Positions 24,961 to 28,809 of a DNA stretch of 28,809 nucleotides are shown one piece after another. The translations under genes and the position numbers were made by a program. The notes under the pieces are model-generated. The model was not told the DNA's origin, searched no databases, and was given only the letters and a program-made list of their open reading frames with translations. Within the stretch, counting starts at the first letter, position 1, and the number at the start of each line of letters is the position of its first letter. Source of the stretch: a virus (Duplodnaviria; Caudoviricetes); the IMG/VR virus record IMGVR_UViG_3300033076_000119, positions 1 to 28,809 of that record. The stretch is one strand, 5' to 3'.

Positions 24961-25469
24961 TATCGTACTCGCTTAAGATTGCTGTATCCTGGTGATTTCT
25001 CACTGGATCCAATTGCGCCACTACCGTCAAAGTCGTACCAATCACCGGCAGTAATCAATTCCCCGAAGAGTTTATCAAACTTTGCTTGGTAATAGCCGAT
25101 CTTTTGACGCTCTGCATTATCCTCAGTGCTAAAATCTGCGATCTTAGGTAGAACATAATTGTAAAGTGCGTAGTAGACACAGAGATCAGTGAAGTCGTCT
25201 TGTCTGTCTTGAATCTTTACAGGATTCAGTGCAGGGATATCAGCTACAGTATTGATCACTTCTGATCCACTGCGGCGGACATAATAACTTCTCCACCAAT
25301 CACTTGCTCTTAATAGAGTAAGAATACGAGCAGTACTACGGATTAGAGAATCCTCAACTACATCGCTCGTTAGGCCTTCGTTAGTCTCGAATAGGCGTTG
25401 ATCCATTGCTTCAACGTCACCGTATTCAGCAAAAGATATTACCTGAGAACCGTTTAGTAAGAAGGCCAT
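24960..25469 (-). CDS. Head-tail adaptor/connector
   Basis: Helical protein directly after the capsid gene; FAEYGDV N-terminal motif. Confidence 0.7.
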   Translation of the reverse strand: MAFLLNGSQVISFAEYGDVEAMDQRLFETNEGLTSDVVEDSLIRSTARILTLLRASDWWRSYYVRRSGSEVINTVADIPALNPVKIQDRQDDFTDLCVYYALYNYVLPKIADFSTEDNAERQKIGYYQAKFDKLFGELITAGDWYDFDGSGAIGSSEKSPGYSNLKRVR

Positions 25470-25483
25470 TTCTTATTCCTTAA

Positions 25484-26329
25484 TTACAGGATAGAGCTGT
25501 CAGCGACAACGCCAATGCCGTAACCATCATACAACTCACCAACACCGTAGTGAGCAGAAGCAACAACGTCGGTACCCAAGAAACTAGCACGGCGTTGTGT
25601 TTCGATGTTGATGTCACCGATCATAGCCAAGCCAAGTGCTTGCTTGTGGAATACACCACCAACATAGTCACCAGCAGTACCGTTGTCAGCAATCAAGCTA
25701 GACTCGTATACTGGGATACCGAACAACGAACCAACATAGCCAGATGCCATTGCTTCGTTTTGTGCAACACCAGCGTTAGGGTTTGCAAATGTGTTTGTCA
25801 AGTTTGCTTTCAAGTCGTAAGCAACGTATGGGTTAACAACGCATGCCAAGTCTTGAGCTGGAACACCAGCAGCACGTAATTTAGCAGCAGCTTGAGCGAT
25901 AGTTGCTGCGCTTAGTGCAACGTTTGCAGCACCAACAGTACCAGAGAAGCCACTGAATAGGGCCATCAAGTCTGTGTCGATCTTGCGAGCGATAGCTTCA
26001 CCAAATAAGCGACCTAGGTCAGCAACAACGTTGCTAGCACCAGAAGCAACTGCCAAGTCAGTAACCAATGTACGGATACCAGCTGTAGAAACAGTTAGAG
26101 TTGCACCGCTTGTAGAAACAGCAGTATTGCTTACTTCGTCACCTTCGGTAACAGCAGCAGCAGATTGTGTTGGGTAGATAGGAACTGTTACAGTCTTACC
26201 TTGACCTGGGGCCAAAGTGTAAGTCTTAACAAGACCGCGCATGATCGATTGCTCACCAGCAACGAACATTGCTTCAGCGACAATGCTAGGTAGCAAGTCG
26301 TTTAGAGTAGTAGTTGTAGAACCAGCCAT
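25484..26329 (-). CDS. Major capsid protein (HK97 fold, 281 aa)
   Basis: GKTVTVP, EGDEV, GEAIARKIDTDL, GYVGSLFGIPVYES, FHKQALGLAM..DINIETQR; AGGAG SD. Confidence 0.96.
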   Translation of the reverse strand: MAGSTTTTLNDLLPSIVAEAMFVAGEQSIMRGLVKTYTLAPGQGKTVTVPIYPTQSAAAVTEGDEVSNTAVSTSGATLTVSTAGIRTLVTDLAVASGASNVVADLGRLFGEAIARKIDTDLMALFSGFSGTVGAANVALSAATIAQAAAKLRAAGVPAQDLACVVNPYVAYDLKANLTNTFANPNAGVAQNEAMASGYVGSLFGIPVYESSLIADNGTAGDYVGGVFHKQALGLAMIGDINIETQRRASFLGTDVVASAHYGVGELYDGYGIGVVADSSIL

Positions 26330-26351
26330 TATAATTCTCCTTTAATAAGTG

Positions 26352-27035
26352 TTAGGCTATACCGTTTGCTTTACGATATTCTCGGTAAAGCGCACGATGC
26401 TCTGGATTTTTCATATCTAGTTTTGAAATATCTAGAGACTTTGCGGAATTTGAGATACTAGATTTGGTATTGGTAGTTGCAGGTGTTGCACTAACAAAGT
26501 GTGGATTACTCAATAGGAATTCCTGCACTAAGTCTTCCACTGCTAGCGGTGTTCCGTTATCTGCATAACGTACTGAACCTTTAGCATCAACTACTTCTAC
26601 TTCACCGTCTCCATTAAGTCTAACATTATTAATTAGTAAACTCTTGACTTGTTCTGGCGCAACAGCACGAAACTTAGCGGCAGCGTTAACAAGAGGTACA
26701 TTAACTCGGTAGTCCTTAATAATAGCATCTCGTTTTTGGATCTCTTGATCCTTTTTAGCAGCTAAATCTTGCAGAGTTTTTTCAAACTCGCCACGTTTAA
26801 TTTGTTGTTCTGTTTGGCGCTTAGTTGCTTCTTCACGAAGTGCTCTAAGTTCCTCTGGATCACCCAAATCTTGGTATGGCTTTAGAAGTTTCTTTTCCAA
26901 TGAGCCACGCATACGGGCCATCATATTGTCAACATCTTCTTGCGTATATGTTTTAGTTGCTACTGCCTGATTTTCTGTTTGTAAAGTTGCCGCATCAGTT
27001 GCGTTATCTTGTGTGCCAATGTTTTGATCGGTCAT
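26352..27035 (-). CDS. Capsid scaffolding protein
   Basis: KTYTQEDVD motif, coiled coil, FLLSNPHFV; between portal and capsid genes. Confidence 0.9.
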   Translation of the reverse strand: MTDQNIGTQDNATDAATLQTENQAVATKTYTQEDVDNMMARMRGSLEKKLLKPYQDLGDPEELRALREEATKRQTEQQIKRGEFEKTLQDLAAKKDQEIQKRDAIIKDYRVNVPLVNAAAKFRAVAPEQVKSLLINNVRLNGDGEVEVVDAKGSVRYADNGTPLAVEDLVQEFLLSNPHFVSATPATTNTKSSISNSAKSLDISKLDMKNPEHRALYREYRKANGIA

Positions 27036-27067
27036 TGTTAACCTCGCCCTTTCTAAGGTAGTTGTAT

Positions 27068-27118
27068 AAGATTAGCTGCATTACCAAAATAACACAGCCA
27101 ATCCTGATATTTTATTTA
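27068..27118 (-). promoter_or_regulatory. ATAAATA promoter motif and long 5' hairpin ahead of the scaffold-capsid operon
   Basis: TAAATA at 27113-27118 overlaps the portal stop; stem AGGAUUGGCUGUG/UGCAGCUAAUCUU (27068-27105). Confidence 0.6.
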
Positions 27119-28614
27119 TCCTCGTATTCGACCCAGCCAGCAGCAAGAGCTTCGCGCTTGGCAGCAAAGTCTACAACCCAACCAGTTTCGCCTGTTACAG
27201 GATTGAAGATCTGCTCAGGTTCTTCAAATGGTTCAGCACTATCGTAAGGAACAGTAGAACCATCCATTAGAGTAACTAGCTCTGGCATGATAATGTCAGC
27301 ATCTTCGCCCAGCAATTCAATGATCTCGTGGTCAATTAGTGCTAGAACACGTGGATCAGTTGCGGCCGATTTAGCATCCATTAACTGTTTGAATTCGTTT
27401 TGTGTGTCTTGGATGTTGAAGCTGCCAGGATAGTCAACGGATCCTTCCCAGCTCATGCCCATGTATGCACACCATAGGCGCCACATTTGTTCTTCACACA
27501 ATTCCAAGTTGTCGGCTTTTTCAGCTAGACGGCTGTTTAGTAATTGGAATTCAGTTTGCATTGCAACGCCACTCATACTCTTGGCTTCTGTTGCACGAAC
27601 TGAACCAGTGTTAGCCATTTTATCAATGCTGGCAATAGTGTGTTCAATAGCAGAATAAATTGCTTGCACACTTGCGCCAGAAAATTCCAACACATAAGGC
27701 TTTAGTGCAGGGTCAATGTTCTCAGGCATAGAGATAATGCTGCCTGGACCAATGCCGGCATTTGTTTCCGGAGTCTTAACTAAACTTGGGTGACTATCAA
27801 GACGGATACTTTGTTCTACTTCACTAGTGTTGTTGTAGATGAAACGCTGTGCATCAGCAATATCAGCAATGTCACTAACACCAATACCACGAACAGTTGA
27901 ACGTGAGTTATAAGCAATAATTGCAGGAATACGACCTAAGCCGTTTATTTCCACTAATTCACTCTTAATCAATTTCTTGCCAGTGTCCACTTCCCACGTG
28001 GTGATTGTTTCTGGTGTCCACTCGCGTGTGACTTGGATATCGCCGTTGGTTTCTTCAATGTACTTAATATAGTCTAATTCATATGCACCATTGGGTTGAC
28101 GCTTCCAGCTCCAATCCAACATGCTTAGTGGCGTAATTAGGCTAACGTATGGACGCACTTCCAAGGCCACTTCATCAGCGCGAGTGATAGCGCCCACATC
28201 GGGTTTTGTCATTATGATCCAGCAGTGGCCAAATACTGAGGCCCATGTGCTAACGTCTTTCATGAAACCATCTAAACTGCGTCCATCACGATCAGCATCC
28301 GCTAAGAATGCAGTCAATTCAGGCATAGCTTCTAATCCAGCAAATTCACGCTCGGGTTCTTCGCGGAACATAAAGCTGTTGTAAACAGAGATAACACTAC
28401 GGCAGTGATTCTCTAATGGAGTTGCACGTAGACGTGCAGCATATTCAGCATCTGTTTCTAATTGGTAACGTGTTAGGTGGCCACCTTGACGATAGTCTTC
28501 TCCACCTAAATAACTTTCTAACATGTAACGCCAAAAGTTGCGATTGTCCTGATAGATTTGATTACTACTAGAAATATCTGCTAACTGTTGGTCCACTGTT
28601 TGCATTGAGCTCAT
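27112..28614 (-). CDS. Portal protein (500 aa)
   Basis: Follows terL; SYLGG..Y, EY.ARL, NGLGRIP, GVSDIADIA, SGVAMQ motifs of SPP1 gp6/DUF4055-like portals. Confidence 0.93.
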   Translation of the reverse strand: MSSMQTVDQQLADISSSNQIYQDNRNFWRYMLESYLGGEDYRQGGHLTRYQLETDAEYAARLRATPLENHCRSVISVYNSFMFREEPEREFAGLEAMPELTAFLADADRDGRSLDGFMKDVSTWASVFGHCWIIMTKPDVGAITRADEVALEVRPYVSLITPLSMLDWSWKRQPNGAYELDYIKYIEETNGDIQVTREWTPETITTWEVDTGKKLIKSELVEINGLGRIPAIIAYNSRSTVRGIGVSDIADIADAQRFIYNNTSEVEQSIRLDSHPSLVKTPETNAGIGPGSIISMPENIDPALKPYVLEFSGASVQAIYSAIEHTIASIDKMANTGSVRATEAKSMSGVAMQTEFQLLNSRLAEKADNLELCEEQMWRLWCAYMGMSWEGSVDYPGSFNIQDTQNEFKQLMDAKSAATDPRVLALIDHEIIELLGEDADIIMPELVTLMDGSTVPYDSAEPFEEPEQIFNPVTGETGWVVDFAAKREALAAGWVEYEDK

Positions 28615-28625
28615 GTGTTTATCCT

Positions 28626-28809
28626 TTAAATTGTTTTATGACCCCATCGCTGAGGAATTTGTGTAGCTGGGTCCACATCTCTGCGAACTGGGAATTCATA
28701 ATCAATGTAATAACGCAATGCGTCACTAAAGTGATCGTATCCAGACTCTTTGTCCGGAATTGAAGTTCCTTCTTTATACGTATGTTTCTCTAAACTTTCA
28801 ATCGTCTTT
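28626..28809 (-). CDS. terL: Terminase large subunit, C-terminal part
   Basis: Joins in frame to position 1: ...FFVDPRC-K-KTIESLEKHTYKEGTSIPDKESGYDHFSDALRYYIDYEFP...GHKTI*; DHxxDALRY is the typical TerL C-terminal nuclease motif. 1058+184=1242 nt=414 codons. Confidence 0.95.
   Translation of the reverse strand, partial: KTIESLEKHTYKEGTSIPDKESGYDHFSDALRYYIDYEFPVRRDVDPATQIPQRWGHKTI

Noticed and set aside
15561-27658. Numerous 60-170 aa plus-strand ORFs opposite structural genes
   Set aside because: Antisense shadows of well-supported minus-strand genes.
1-28809. Alternative genetic code, introns or inteins
   Set aside because: Core genes are full length under the standard code and tightly packed; TerL, portal and capsid show no insertions.

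Overview
The window appears to be a complete, circularly closed 28,809-bp tailed-phage genome: the large terminase runs off position 1 on the minus strand and continues in frame at 28809..28626. Almost all genes are on the minus strand. About 19 kb encodes a full siphovirus-type virion: portal, scaffold, major capsid protein, connectors, tail tube, frameshifted tail chaperone, tape measure, distal tail/hub, a tail-tip protein split over three ORFs, a collagen-like fibre and a Kelch-like propeller. About 8 kb carries small accessory genes: an AAA ATPase, a GT-B glycosyltransferase, a degenerate HNH, a NUMOD-like DNA-binding protein, a lipoprotein and an XhlA/holin-like protein. I recognise no DNA polymerase, primase, helicase, SSB, integrase, repressor, endolysin, sigma factor or sliding clamp. 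Yet 11 of the 13 minus-strand TAAATA hexamers found by eye lie at gene boundaries, like T4-type (gp55-dependent) late promoters, and one full TATAAATA sits inside an RBS-sequestering hairpin as in T4 late-gene control. Leading hypothesis (inference): a virion-complete satellite that borrows late transcription, and possibly replication and lysis, from a large T4-like helper phage. Also seen: two candidate small RNAs antisense to ribosome-binding sites, and six back-to-back DNA mini-hairpins (candidate origin) inside an orphan gene whose start is complementary to one of those RNAs. Family assignments come from motif recognition only; no database search was run.
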